Shown here one piece after another: positions 44,486 to 58,600 of a DNA stretch of 64,000 nucleotides. Source of the stretch: Pavona decussata (taxonomy: Eukaryota); the NCBI GenBank assembly GCA_977016875.1, contig CDRNST010000318.1, positions 3,224,001-3,288,000 of the forward strand, given 5' to 3'. The notes beneath the pieces were generated by a model. That model worked only from the letters and a program-made list of their open reading frames with translations, made no database searches and was not told where the DNA came from. Position numbers and translations under genes: made by a program. The stretch's first letter is position 1. Every line of letters begins with the position of its first letter.

Positions 44486-47400
44486 TGTTATCTTTTGAAG
44501 AGGAGGGAGCAAAGCCCAGTTCAACCCTAAAAAAACTCTTGGATTGACTGCAATGGGCTAATTACCATTTCCCGCCAAGCCTAATCTCGTGATTTGGCTT
44601 TGTTTCGTCGTCTTTTTTTTTTTTTTATAAAGTTTTCCTTTTAGTTAGCTTTGTGCGCCGTTAATATATCTGGGTAGAATGTGGAACTAAGCCTTAATGA
44701 ATATTAAAAGTTCAACAGGTCCGTGATTTTTTTGATGATCTTTGATTCAGCGGAAAGAAAAATCCTTAAGCCAAAGCTTACTTCACGGATTACTGGGGAC
44801 TCAGGGGCGGAAGTCTCAGCTGGATATTGAGGGGATCAAAGGTTCGTATTATGTGACAATTTTCTCACGCAGCTTAGCCATCGCTTTCGCCAGAAATCAG
44901 TCTCTAATTTGCTTTAATTTATTGTAGAACGGACATGCTGAGTTTGTCATCAACAGCTCCAGGTACTGTTCATAGGGCCCTTCATGGCTATTGGCCCCTA
45001 GCAGTGATGACTCAATGATATAAGCGTCTATAAGCCTTCATTTCCTTTTGCACTGGAAAGGAAATCAGTAAGTGTATATACTGGATGATATTGGATAGAA
45101 AATAAAATAAAAAGGTCAAGATATTTTTGGCGGTGCCCTTACATGACAAAAGAGACAAACAAATGCTAAAAATTGCAAAAAATAAACTTGTCAATCAAGT
45201 GAAGAAAGTTCTAATAAATTTCAACAAACCATGTATAAAGTTAAGGTGCACGAAGCAGGAGCATATTGAAGTGTATCGCGAAAGGTATTTCACTAGTTAT
45301 ACTCAATATATGATCTTTTCCGTTTGTAATATTGTTGAGTGTTATATGTGCACTGTTCCAGTACATTAGACCACCGAAGACTTTGGTCGATGAATCATCA
45401 AAACTGTTGACAGGTCGATTAAGAACGGGATGGAATTCTAAGAGGCCTACAAACTTCTTTTTGTTTAGATTTTCTGTTATTTAAATACTCGTCATTTATT
45501 TTCCCTGTTTATACAATTTGAGTGGGCTTTTAGTAAGGAAGTACATATCCCAGATCATAGCTTAAACAATTGAGCTTGTACTGACAAAAGAATAATTTGT
45601 TTATCACCGGCACTTTTTCAGACTTATGTTTTTTCATTAAAAGCAGCATGAGAAGCAACAAGTTTGAGTGAGTTTTATGGAGTTATGTTATAAAAAAGCG
45701 TACGTGCTTGCTTTTTTTTGGTAGTTTTTAGAGTATCTTGTATCTTTTATAGCAAATCGTGAACCTGTATGCCTTGTCGTGACGAGCTTCAGTTCTCAAC
45801 CAAGCGTGATTCCGCATCATGGCGTGCAAATTTAGTTTAAAGGGTTCAGCATTTACGACTGACTGGCAGCCAGTGAAAGTCTGAATAAAATAATGTAAAA
45901 TAAATAAATATTGGCATTGTATTTGTTTATTTTTTTTATTTAATTCAAGAGATTGGAGTCACGGAAACTACTGTACTGCACATGAGATATTCAAGAGATG
46001 TTTGTCCCCCATTGCAAAGTTGGGGAAATAATCTGAGTGTTTCTTTTCGTATTTGGATTCCTCAGTTTAAAATCCCTGCTCCTTCAGAGACAGAGGATAA
46101 ATCATACAGCTCATCAGCCCTTTCTGTCGGCACTGAACTCTGCGTCTTCCCAATTATGGTCAAATTTCCGGAAAGTGGGCGAGAGCCAAGAAAAAGCGGA
46201 AGAAAAAGCGAAAGTAAGACAACTTTATCCTTAGTGACCTCGTTTCCCTCTCAATGGAAAAAGTTTAATTGGTCTACCGAAAACATACACCACGTACGCT
46301 TGGTGATATACGCATGCTTGGTTTCAGGGCTCTGCGTAACGAAGTAACGTTTATGAGAGATATATTATGCTGATGCAGCATATGCTCTTTTCTGAATAGC
46401 TGATTTGTAGTAAAGACGTCACAATAAATAGATTTTTGACAGAAGTTAATTATTGAATTTTTATATGTTTTTACCCGAGCCCGAAAGCTTGCAAAACCCC
46501 TTCTCCCGAGTTTTCTCTTTGATCCCGAAAAGTAAGTGCTAGCTTTTTTCTTCTTAATTATGAATTTTAAAATTATTACATCCTATGCTAATACAAGCTA
46601 AAGTCTACGTAGCTTGCTTCTGATACAAGACATACAAGTGAATGCAAAATACCTGTTAAGAATTCATCGTACCCCACCCTTAATAAGGAGCTAAGTTCTA
46701 GTGTGATTTGACGAGGCATGGATTTTCCGCTTTCTCCTTTTTTACACATTCTAAACCTTGAGTTTTTACTCATTGTGTAGTTGTACATAGCACATGGAAC
46801 AAAAATTGTTGTTCTCTTTGTTCGAATTAAGAAAGGTAAACATTGGAATACGGTCGAATGGTATCTACTCTTGCAGTAGGTGGGTTGATCTGGCACACGA
46901 GTTCAAATATTTAAGTGGCATTGTTTTAGGGTACTGTATCGTTCGTAAAACTAAAAGAAAAACGACAAACTAAATATCTCTCTTAAGAAAACATTAAGCT
47001 GCCTCAAGGTAAGTTTTTATTACAAAGTGGATATTCCTAGGGAATTTGTGGGTTTTCATTGCGGTTGCGGAAAATCCAGGCTTTAAACCATCCCCCCCCC
47101 CCCCATGGTTTACCCCTCATGGTGGGAGGGTGCGTTCTGGCAACAGGACGTATATAGAAGTTGTCGACCCCAGATAGACACGACTGACTAGGAAAATTAC
47201 GACACTACCTCACAAACACTGCGAGTTCAAAGGCCGAGAGATAATAAAAGCTTGCGTTGATTGAATGAACCGAAAAATTGTGTAAATCCGCTTGCAACCA
47301 GCTGTCTCCTTGAACTTTACAAAATTTGTGGTTTGGCAAGAACATACTTATTCGTAGTGTAGATGGAATCGGATAAGATCAACATTCCCCAACGAATTTT

Positions 47401-48629
47401 TTCTTGTTTACTTCTACGTGATAATAATTTGAGCTGAAAGCTTTGAGGTTCCGCTCCTTTAAATTTCCGTAGGTGTTTAATATGGAAGGCGTATAAATCC
47501 TTCAAATATGTACGTTTATATACACGTACACCTAAATGCCTTGTGCTCCCAATGACAAGCCCCGGAACTGTCATCCGCCTGCTATTCCTTCCGTGAAAGA
47601 GGCGGTAGGTTGAAGCTTGTCATGAAAAGCTGCCTCGTTTTCAGATGGCATTCCTGGCGCCAATGTCCTGGATCTAGGAAGAAGCCAATCAGCGTCAAGC
47701 AACACTGTGACGTTTTAGTGTTGGTAAATGGTCGGTAGGAGTAAAGACCTGAATTCGCTGGCAGCTCATGATTTAAGCCGATTAAAACCTTCTTCAACTT
47801 TGGACGTTAATTACATCACGTTTTAGAATTTGCGTTACAAACATTCTTCTCTTCAAAAAGATACAATCGAGAAAGTATTGATAAGAATATTGTTTTCCTG
47901 ATATCTTTCATGAGAAAATCTCGGCTTAGTCAGAATTGGAGGTCGTGTCGCGGCTGAAGAAACGTGATTCATATTTTCAGCACTGGTTAAAACCTTAGAA
48001 CTTGAATCAGTAGATAAGCACTATAAGTAGTGTAAGGAAACTACAATGGAGAACATTTGACCTTAACTGAGAAATATTGAAAAAGCTGTAGACAGTTATC
48101 ATTTTATTTCTTTTGGTCAACGACAGGAAATGTCTCTCTTGCTGCTTTCCAGGAACTCTTCAATTATCACAACGCAAGCTTCACTTTGGAGGTTTAACTG
48201 ACGTAAACAAGAAATGCATTTTTGTTTACGTGAGACTGTTCCGTGACTGAATACCTTGCGTAGTTTGAAAAAGGCTCGGCGCAAAGCGAAAAGCCGAGGC
48301 AACATGAACTGCACAGAAATGTTCGTGACGAATAAAAAAACACTACCCTTTGTGGGTTGGAACCACATCCGCTAGAGACAATACTTATTTCGACTTAAGA
48401 ATCTCAAATCTTTTAAACTTTTATTCACGAGAACACGATTGCGTGCAGGGGAATTATTTTTCGGTCGATGAGTTGTTTTTCTTTGAACTGCATAAACAAG
48501 GCTCAAATTAGATCACGTTATTAATAAGGTGATACTTAAACCTCTTAACTCCAAAAAAAGACTTCTTTGTTTACATTAATCAGCGTCAATCAAGATCCGG
48601 AGCATTGAAAAGAGGAAACATTCCCAGAC

Positions 48630-49220
48630 ATGAATCAGTTGAACGACAACATCACGGACGCATCATTAGTTGGAGAGAGGAACAACAAGAATATAAACAA
48701 CATGAAACAAGATGAGGAGAGAGACTGCCAAGAAATAACAAAAAGAAGAAGAAGAAGCAGACGAAAAGATGTCAGCAATGCCAACTGTAACAATTCTGTT
48801 AGTGTTACGAAACAGGAAAAACTGGAGAGAAGAAACGCTTTTCGCGAGCCAGGGGGGAAACGCAAAGAATACAAGTTGAACAGTCGAAACGAACAAAGCC
48901 GGCGATACGGGATGATAGTGGAGGACATATACATAGATATGGATGATATTGTTTTTGACATTCAACAAGGCAAACTTTCAGTAGACTCTCTGCCTAAGCT
49001 TGGACTCTTTCCCTTACACGAGGCAGTCGCTCGCGGGCTCATAGACTGCGCTGAGAGTCTCATAGAACTTGGATTACAACTTACAAGCGAGACTCCTGAT
49101 GGACTCACACCGCTTGAGGTAGCAGTTATGGCGGGGAACTTTGAGGCAGCTGCGCTATTGATTCAGTATGGTGCACCTATTGATCGCATTCGAGATGGAA
49201 TCCCACAATTTGGGAGATGA
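48630..49220 (+). CDS. Small ankyrin-repeat protein (196 aa, single coding exon) with basic N-terminal region
   Basis: Two ankyrin repeats: GLFPLHEAVARGLIDCAESLIELG and DGLTPLEVAVMAGNFEAAALLIQYGA. NLS-like KRRRRSRRK. Acceptor-like TTAATCAG near 48583, possible upstream donor AAG/GTAAGT near 47009, AATAAA near 49525. Confidence 0.85.
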   Translation: MNQLNDNITDASLVGERNNKNINNMKQDEERDCQEITKRRRRSRRKDVSNANCNNSVSVTKQEKLERRNAFREPGGKRKEYKLNSRNEQSRRYGMIVEDIYIDMDDIVFDIQQGKLSVDSLPKLGLFPLHEAVARGLIDCAESLIELGLQLTSETPDGLTPLEVAVMAGNFEAAALLIQYGAPIDRIRDGIPQFGR

Positions 49221-52200
49221 TTGTTTTGCGCTTGGAATTCCCAGCGGATTAATTTAAATAACATAAAAGCGTTTAATCGATGTTTATAGACAATGTTCTC
49301 AGATAATTGACGCAGTATCCATCTTTAACACAAGCAGTCACCGGGGTCACTCGTATAGATGTAATTAATGTTTTATCCGTTCTACAGACAAATCATCTTT
49401 CTCTTCAACCAATGTTGGTCGTTTTGTAATGAAAACGCACAGTATACGATATTGACACGCTATTACGATAGAGAGAAACGCCTTTAAATACTGTGCGATA
49501 AAGTGTATTTATTTAAGCTTAAGAAAATAAATGCAATTTTGTAGAAATACTTTCAGTGTTGTGACGTAAAAGTTAGTTAACCGTGGAGGGGGTGATAAAA
49601 TGCTCTTTATACTGCACTGCCAGTAAGTTATTATGCTCACAAAACTACTGTATGCCTTGTTCAGTTATCAGTGCATCAGAGTAAGCAGCAGTTATTTTGG
49701 CACAACAATGCGCATACTTGTCGTCCGGTAGATAGGTACAGGCTCTTCGGCCCACTTCAAAATGGCGCATATTTCACTTCGTGTCATTTATTTCAGTATC
49801 TGTAAGTGTTGAAGGTAAATGACTTAGAAATCTCATCGAGATATAGCGACAGACTGTTGTTGTAATGCCGTAAATCGAAAAGGCTTAGCGGTTCCCAGAT
49901 TCTCACCGTTACCAGCAATAATCTACTCCTGGTCAGTATTGATCGCTTTTATCTTTTTTGGCGAAAGTCTTATCAATCATCATCACCTTTATTGAGTTCT
50001 TGGCCAACAGGAGTCTTTCACCAAAAATGAGCGGCAATGTTTAAGACCTTTTAATTAACGAGATAAAGAATTGGAAACAACATTTCAACTGAGATCTCTT
50101 CAGACGATTGTACTAAGCTTCACTGATGCAGTTATGAAAAGGACAAACGGGATTTATTAACCAGTCAATGAACGCCGACGAAAAACTCGTTGTCTTTTAA
50201 TAATTTAATAGGCAAACGTGATTTCCGAACATAATTATCTTCTCTTATCGGTTTAACTAATGTTGACCCCTTTGCCCACGCATAAGAATGCGGATTACAG
50301 TAAGTGAATTTACTTTCTTAAAATCATTAATTACGATGTATTTCTTATTAGAAATAAACATTGTTTCATTTTCTTGGTCACCAGTGAGTAACATATCACT
50401 TTCTGTATTCAAAACACGTTCAGTAGCTGACTTTGATCTTTTCTCCTCTTATTTTTTCCGTTTTTGTTCACTAATCTGATCCCCACTCATCTTATTGCTT
50501 CCGTTTCTGTTCATGAGTCTTCACTTTAATCAATTCCCTTCATTTTTTTTTCCAGTTAGACTTTCGTTAATTGTAAGTTCCTTTAATTAATTGCACCTGT
50601 AATATCCATTTGCCCATATTTCTCCTAAACCGAAGCCAGCAAGTCAGTTATAATCTGCAGCTAGAGCAATGCGTGAATGAGTAACGAGCAAAACATTTCC
50701 ATAGAGAGAATGTCGCAGCCCGTGGATTGGATGAGATGAGTAGCCTTTTAACTGGATTTCCGTATCTTTTTATTGGGATTGCCAAACTCATTCGCCCCGC
50801 ACTAAACAATCTTTCCACATTGTAAAGCATTCCAACACGAAATATTATTGCAATTGAAAGATGAGGTCATTCTGCCTAGAATGAGACATCATGTTACTAG
50901 AAACGTCACAAGATGAAATAAGAGATCAAAACAACAGAAAATTAAATGCAAAACAGAAAAATCAGGAAACATCGAAAGAGGGATTATCAGTAAAACATAC
51001 ATGGAAAGATTGCAACCGATTATGAAAATAATACAGTAATTGACTCAAGACTAGAAAAATATAAAAAACAGTCAACTTGTGTTAATTATGAATCACAAAT
51101 ATTCTTCTAAAAAAACTCCGATTTTAAATCGAGCTGTATTCTTCATTAACCTTATTCTTTTTCCCAGTGTTGAGAAAAAAAGTTCCCTACAAAATTATGA
51201 CCTCAATTGAAAACCCCGATGTCACAAGGACAGGAGTTGTAAAAGCCTAGAGTTAAAATGAAATGAAATAGCTCTTTTGCAGCAAGCAAGCAATAGCAAG
51301 GCCATCATATATAATGTAAATGTTGAGTTTTTGTTAATAATAAGGGGATCTCCTTAGAAAGACTAGAAAAGCGTGTATGAGCTTGGAGAGATCTCCTGAT
51401 ACTAGATGATGTAACTGATTTAAGCACACTGTTAAATATGTGGCAAAACAAATAGATAGATAGATAAATAAATAAATAAAATGCTGCTCTATGGTCAACA
51501 ACTCAGCTTCTTCAGAAGTTTTCTGATAAAACTTCATCTGTTTATAATTTAATGAGGCCTAAATAATTATGGAGTGAAGACAACTAATGCTACTTTGCAA
51601 GACGTTTAAATCGCTTTTATGCCGATAAAAATACCACATAGTTATTCTTAGAGACCTTAAAGAAAAAACATCGACTTTTGCAGACCGCAAAACCTCATTT
51701 ACAAAAAGGTGCCGTAAATAATTCTTGTAATTCTTTCAAGATCACGGAACGAGGTCACGATTTTATCTGGGAAACTAATCTGGGGAACAATTTAAAATAT
51801 ATTCTTAGTTTTTTGAAATCGGTCTGCAGCAACTGAAGCCTGCAAGGAATTATTTTGCGATGCATTTTTGAAGGTAGAATCATTCTTAATCATTTTCGTG
51901 CGTACGGGTTCAACTTGAAAATACTTAAAAGTTGCGTTTTTTCCACAAGTGTGACCTCTGACCGACCGTTAGAGCTGAGACGTGAGCTGCAAGATTACTT
52001 TTCCTGATCCAATAATTAATCACTTTTATTCACGCAATTGGTGAGTGAAAACTGTCATTTATTACATCCATTGGCACATACATCACCCTTAGACAGAAGA
52101 AATTCAGCCATAGCAACGTATCACTCACACTTTGTAACAGTCAAACGTTGAGCCCTATAGAAAACGTGGTTTGAATCTGGTTATGCCACAGTTACAAGGT

Positions 52201-55200
52201 ATATGACAGAACATAGACAGCTTACAAAAGATTTAGCTGTCGAAAGACTTGCAATCAGTTCCTGTTGATTATTCACGCAAACACAAAAAGTACGTTTCAC
52301 CTCGGGGTTTAACATGCTACTGTTCTGTAAGTGGAGGAAACTTATAATTCCAGTTGGGATTGAGGTGAAAGCCACAGAAACAACAGTCAATAGTTTAGAA
52401 GTGTTTTAATGAGCTGCTATACTCGTCAAAATGCCCAAATGGGTCACACGTTAGTTGTAACAACTGCTGCAGCCGGGTATAAACAAACGAACAAACAAAC
52501 ACCCCCCCCCCCCCAAAAAAAAAAAAAAAGAAAAAAAAAAGGAATTCACCGCTAATGAGATATCGTTAAAATACCAGTAATTACTAGTACTAATTGAAGA
52601 AATGTATGGATTAGATGTTAAAAGTTGAGTGTCAACGTCTTCAATATTTTAGTTAGATGGACAGCAAGAACTCTACTGTATATGGCTGATGCAGGAATGG
52701 AACTCAGAGGAAGGTTGGCCGGAACTGATTGCCCCTGGCTTACAGTACAATTGCATTGGTAGGAATCCAATCAGCTAAATATGATATGATAATAGGATAG
52801 CTATAATACAGTCAAGTACTAACGACATCGAAACTCCAGAAATAAGCTGATAAACGTGTCACTGAAAGAAAATTGGATTGGAAACGTGACCATGCTAGAA
52901 CTGAAAGTATAAGGATAGGGAGGAAAGAGGGGGAGGGGAGGAGTACGCTGATAGGGACGGGGGAGGGGAGGGGTGGAGTGCGCTTATAGGAAGGGGGGGA
53001 GGGGTGCACTCACCGTTTATCAACAGAGAAATGACCATGTATAGCCTTCATATGCCGCTCGCTGGTTTCAGTGAGTAGTTTCGCATTAGCATCCAAGGCC
53101 AGAATTGTTTTGCACTATTCTTATCTATGTTCTCATTTTATCAAGAAAAGACAAACACGAATTTTACTTTTGCCGTTTGCCTGTTTCTTTCTATTATTAG
53201 TAGAGTGTTACAATAATGAAAGGAGCCGTCCTTTTTGTACCGGCTGAATACTAAATACATTATACTCGATATTCAGTTCACCCCATATAGGTATATTATA
53301 ATCTGTCCATTTGCTTTCATGACTTGCACGCTTGAATAATACATAACAATTCTAGTCCCGGCTCCTTTTGTAAAGACGCTTAGGGGAATAAATAAATTCC
53401 ACAATTTTGGCTCGTATCATTCGTCACAACAACAATGCGTGCGTCAGTATATCAAAAAACTATAATGTAAGAGAAGTTGGTATTTTTCTATTACAAGTTT
53501 CCGTCGTGAAGGTTGCCTTCTATGTTTAGCTTGTGAGATGGCATCTATCAGACAAGCTAACGTACACTTTAGGTTACCTAACTTGCTGGGTCGCAATAAA
53601 CAACTTAATTCCATACTCAGCAAGCTCGTTTATTAACGCACCTTACAGTAAAGAGTGATTTAGAGGCCCCACCTTATTCTAATCTCACAATCTGTAAGTA
53701 CCAATGGCTTAAATTCCTCACCACTTCATTTGCCCCTCAAACAATCGCAGCCTATAAGTCATTCAGTCCCACTTCAACAAGTAGAAACTCGTAAGTCCCG
53801 CCTTCACTTCAGTTACTATCTGCAAGAGGGATTATTTCGCGTCTCTGGTAATACCACCAACAAACACTGAACTGATAAAACTCCACTGAGGGCTGGTTGT
53901 ACGATAAACCTAACCTCTTCTCCAATCAGACCACCCACTCTTAACATCTGCTAACCATAAAATCTGCAGGGGCTTATATAGTAGCCAAATGTGATATGGT
54001 ATTATAAAGTTACTCAACCAATGTTCAAACACGAACTAAAAAGGTCGCGTCGCACGTGTGTTGTGTGCTCTTTTAATACATTTTATCATAAGTTTTGACA
54101 TTCTGATAATTCATTTATTAGCGACGTTAAATAATACATTACATATGTGCATATTAAAGTTTCTTTTTTTTTTTTTTTTACATTCATCAGTTTTTTACGC
54201 GTTGCTTCTTTATTTTAGCTCCAGCCCCCCGTTTTGGTAGAGGGGGCAAGGGGGGGGGGGGGGGGGGAGAGGGTAAAGGAGAGGAGGGGGGGGGGGGGAA
54301 ACAATTCACTGTGCCCTAACAATGCTCCGTAACTTTTCCATGATACTTCCAGTTAATTTAACTATCTTTTTTTCCCAGTAAGCCAAACAAACATCATGTT
54401 TGTGGGAAGTGTTCCGCTATAAGTTTCCGCCGTTTAGATGTTTCGTCACGTTTAAAACTCCTGATTTAGCATCCACCAGACCAGCTGTGGTGTATCCAAG
54501 CTTGCCAACCTTCAGACAAAAAATAAACAACAACTTCGCTTCATGCTGTATATCATGTCCCCCCACTGTCCCGTCCCGTCCCTCTGTATTACCCCCAAAC
54601 CCAGTCCCGCTACATGCAATCCTATGTTAATACCAATTTTTTTGAATGCGGGTGACCACACGACGCAGAAATAAACTGTTCTGAATACGTTTCGTTGCTG
54701 GATCTCTTGTAGTAAAATGGACGTGCCAGACGTCACTTAACGTGTAAATAAACCAAAGGGCAATTTATTTACTTCAACTTGTACCACTATAGTCTTCTTC
54801 AGGGCCAGAGTTTATACAATCAATGTTAATATGTTAATACCCTCTCTACTTCAGAAGCCCCGCCCAGCGATGTCAAGTCTAAAACACCCCATTGAAATTT
54901 TAATCTTCCACAGACTGCTTCTTAGTAGCGCTCTCTTCTACTAAGCCCGTTATCTTCAGGAAATCATTTCTTCCTCCCCACTTGTTTACTAATGGTTCTT
55001 CGATTAAAATAATCTCCCTCTCACCATCCTTTAATAAACACTTCAGGGGATTTATAACGAATTTCTGGTCGACAAAATCTCACGAAAAAACAAGTTTTCG
55101 CAGCCGCTATGATGTACTGACCACATTAACGGCCATTAGGCGGCGCACGTTGAGGTTACTCACTGGTAACACTAAAAGCTAACACACGGAAATATCCTGG

Positions 55201-55688
55201 GAATTACCACCATACAAAGCAGTGTTTTCACAAATGATTGTTTAGAATAATGCATTCAGCTTTTCAAAGTGTCACATCCAAAAGACCATTATTGACCATT
55301 TTATCTTAATTCCACATCCCAGAAATAACACTTGACCTGAATATTCAAGAGGTGCTCAGGTTATTCAGTGGACAAACCCTTCATTAACAGAAAACATAAA
55401 TGCAGTGCACGAACGGCGAACATGCGAAAGAAAGAGATTCACTGGAGATGCGAATAATTTTATTTCGACACGGTCAACTTATAGGACTTTAAAAACGAGA
55501 AAGTATGACTAGAATAATTACTATTACTGGAGATTAAAACTGACTACAATAACTACTTCTAAAACTAATGTAGAAATGGTACTTAATTAATTTAATGCGA
55601 GCCTTCTTTACATAAGTGCCGTGTAAATCACCGGACGAATTGTTTGCAGCTAGCCCTGAAGACTCCAAGGGAGTTAACCTGCCGGAGC

Positions 55689-58600
55689 TCAACGTGAAGG
55701 CAGTTCACGAGAACTGCCCCTCAGTAACTGAAATTATTTTGCATACAATTTGTGCGGAGAAGGGGAATAGCGAGTTTGCGAGGAGAAAGATTTTTTTTAA
55801 AGCTCCACAAGGTTATTAGTACGTCACCTTTTCTTTTCCGTCTGTTTTCATTATCTTAACGTCCAACTCCTTTTCGTCTGTTTTTCGTTTCTTGCCAACC
55901 CTACATTCATCTGAAAGTAGAACATGGCACTCAAGTAAAACAGCCACAAAACATAGAGTTTCTAGACTTTCTAAACCATAACAGATAACACAAGCCCTTC
56001 CTCCCGTACCCTTCTGGAGGGGGGGGGGGGGGGAGGGTGGGGCGACCAGCACCGTTTGCAACGTCTTACATGGTTGGCCGGGGGGACGAAAGAACGAACA
56101 ACAGAACAATGCTCCCAATCCTAAAAAAACCCGCAGTTGTAGGTTATCAGGGCCCGGTGAAAATAGTGCTTTTGAAAGGTGCAGTCTACTGCCCCACACC
56201 TCCCCGGAAGGGAAGTCATTTTATTTCAGCCCTAAAAATAGTGGAGTGGGAGCTTTATTCTAAAGAAGCCTTCGGTTCCTCTATTTTCTTCATTGTGAAT
56301 AGGTGTCTTTAGTGAAAAAGTTCAGCATGGCCTCCTGAAGAGAACTATGGCAGCAACTCCCGAGCCTCTAGGAAAAGTCTGTGGGTGGTACATGTAATGG
56401 GGGGGGGGGGGGGGGGGGTTGTGGGTTTTAGACAGACTCTTTAAGTTGACGTACCATTTTCTAGTCGGAACTCTTCTCTCTTTCTAACTTTAAGGCCAGC
56501 TGTGTAGTGTGGTGGGACTTCTAGAGAAAAAAAACAATAACGTTTTACATAGCGTGGTTGGAGTAAAAAAAATAAAGGAAAATAAAGCAAGTCTTTTTTC
56601 ATTTGATCTAATAACCATCTGGGTAGTAAGAAAATTTATTATATCTCTCAGTTAGTACGCGCGGTGTGATTGGTCAATTTTGCGGGACATATTTCACTGT
56701 ACGGCCCGCTAAACTTTCTCGCGCGTCCAACTAACCTCGGAGATCTTCTGGCGCGCAATCAACGGGGAAAAACGAGGATCCGTAACTTACAGTACGAACC
56801 GAGAAAACGAGGTTAGTAAGAGGCATATACTTCTGTTCTTGTCAAGTTGACAGAAATCCATTGGGTGGTCTCGTTTAGAATTGTTTTCAGCCGACATTAT
56901 ATGGCAGCCATCGTTGAGGTTTTCTAACCTGAGCCCGTGACATCAGTGTACGCTTCAAAGTACCGCATTTTGTCTGCTGGGTCCCGGATATAACTTGAAA
57001 AACCTGATGAAAGCAAGAAACGTAAGACTACTTTCAAGGACACACCGAAATGCAACAATAACAAGGGGAAGACATGAATCTTTAAGCGCAGACCAGCTTA
57101 CCGAGCAATAACGGATGTTGTTCCTCGTTCCTTGTGAACAGAGGTTTAAGTCCATCTATAAGCAAGTCCAAGTTACGAGTCTAAAAGGGCAACAAGAAAA
57201 CAACACCTGATTAGAAGACAAAAACTTGAGTGAAGCGCGCATTGTAAGCAACAATAGATTAGAAAAACACTTGAATAAAACATGGACTAACAGTTCAGCA
57301 GGGAGTAGTCTACAGTGACATTCATCATTCAGTAAGAAGCCTTCGTTTGCAAAGCCGTAAAAATATTTTGGGGGGAGGGGGTGGGGCTATACCTGTTTGT
57401 AGTCATTAAGAATCTGTGAGAATGTTCTGTAGTGTTCATCGCTGAGGGATTGTTTCACCTGCAAGAAAATACCAGTCCCTCGGGTTAATATGCCGAAAAT
57501 ACATCAAATGGAAACCGATGGTATCGCCACTGTAGTTGAGGTATGGTAAATAGGGTTCTACTAATGTATGTACTACGGTAAGTGATTAGAATGCCTGCGT
57601 TAAAAACCTCAGCCTCTCAACCAAGTATTTAAGTTTCTTGTAAGATGTATGCAAGACTTCGCACGCACACACTCCCTTTCGCATGCGCGCTTTTTAATAT
57701 TTCTCTTTATGTTTGACAATCTTGTTTTATTGATCTAAGCCCGCGTCTTGACCGCGGCTTTCGTCAGGGAAGTTAATAATCAGAAAAATTACTTAAAAAG
57801 TCTGTTTACGAAGATTGAACAAAATCAGAAATACGCTTTCTTGACAAGTGTGATTTTATTTATAGTTTAGTGTCAGTACAGTCTAGTTTACGATCCAAGC
57901 AAACAAAGTGATTACAGAGTTTACTCTACCTACAAAGTACACCCAGCAACTGAATTTGCGACTACTCACCTTCATTATGTAATTCTTGGCATCGCTAAAT
58001 TTCTGTGCCTTGGAGGGCGGAAACATTTGTTGAACTCCACTCTGAAATAATACCAATTTTATCAAGTAGGACTAATGTAAACACGGGACATCAAACTTTA
58101 TTATTTTAACCCTACAATCTTTGGTAGCAATGGAGTGATTAAACATCAGTTTGATTATAAAATGAGTAAAACATTGCACAGGATTACACCGACCTGCCTC
58201 GGCATCTCCTCTTTAACTTTCACAACCTAAAAGAGCAAGATATACATAATTACCATGGCCATGCAGGGAGGCCAAAAAGCCGGCTCGGATAAGAATCATT
58301 AAGAGGGTGCAACTTCATCGCACATGACACGATAAACTGAAACTCGTTTCGCTATAACATGAAATCGGTACATTACACTATTGAAGTCGGACATTACTAA
58401 AAGTCGATTCGCCATTATACGTCGCAATGGCCGTCGAAATGGTTCCTTTAGCCTGTAACAGAAATATGGTGTCGAGACGCTAAAGAATCTAGCTGTGATA
58501 CGTTCGCCCTAACCAATTTAGCTCCCGTTCCTTTCGTTCGCCTTAATTTAATACTCTGTTGATGGTCGCTAAAAAAGAGTAGAGAAGTAAATTACCTGAG

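Noticed and set aside
49600-55400. Scattered 60-76 aa ORFs and G/C homopolymer runs
   Set aside because: No domain similarity or consistent splice phase; looks like ordinary intergenic DNA.
55816-56199. CVIC...C...CH pattern suggesting a RING finger
   Set aside because: Lies in intronic sequence with a poly-G run and has wrong spacing. Only 55828-55910 behaves as an exon.
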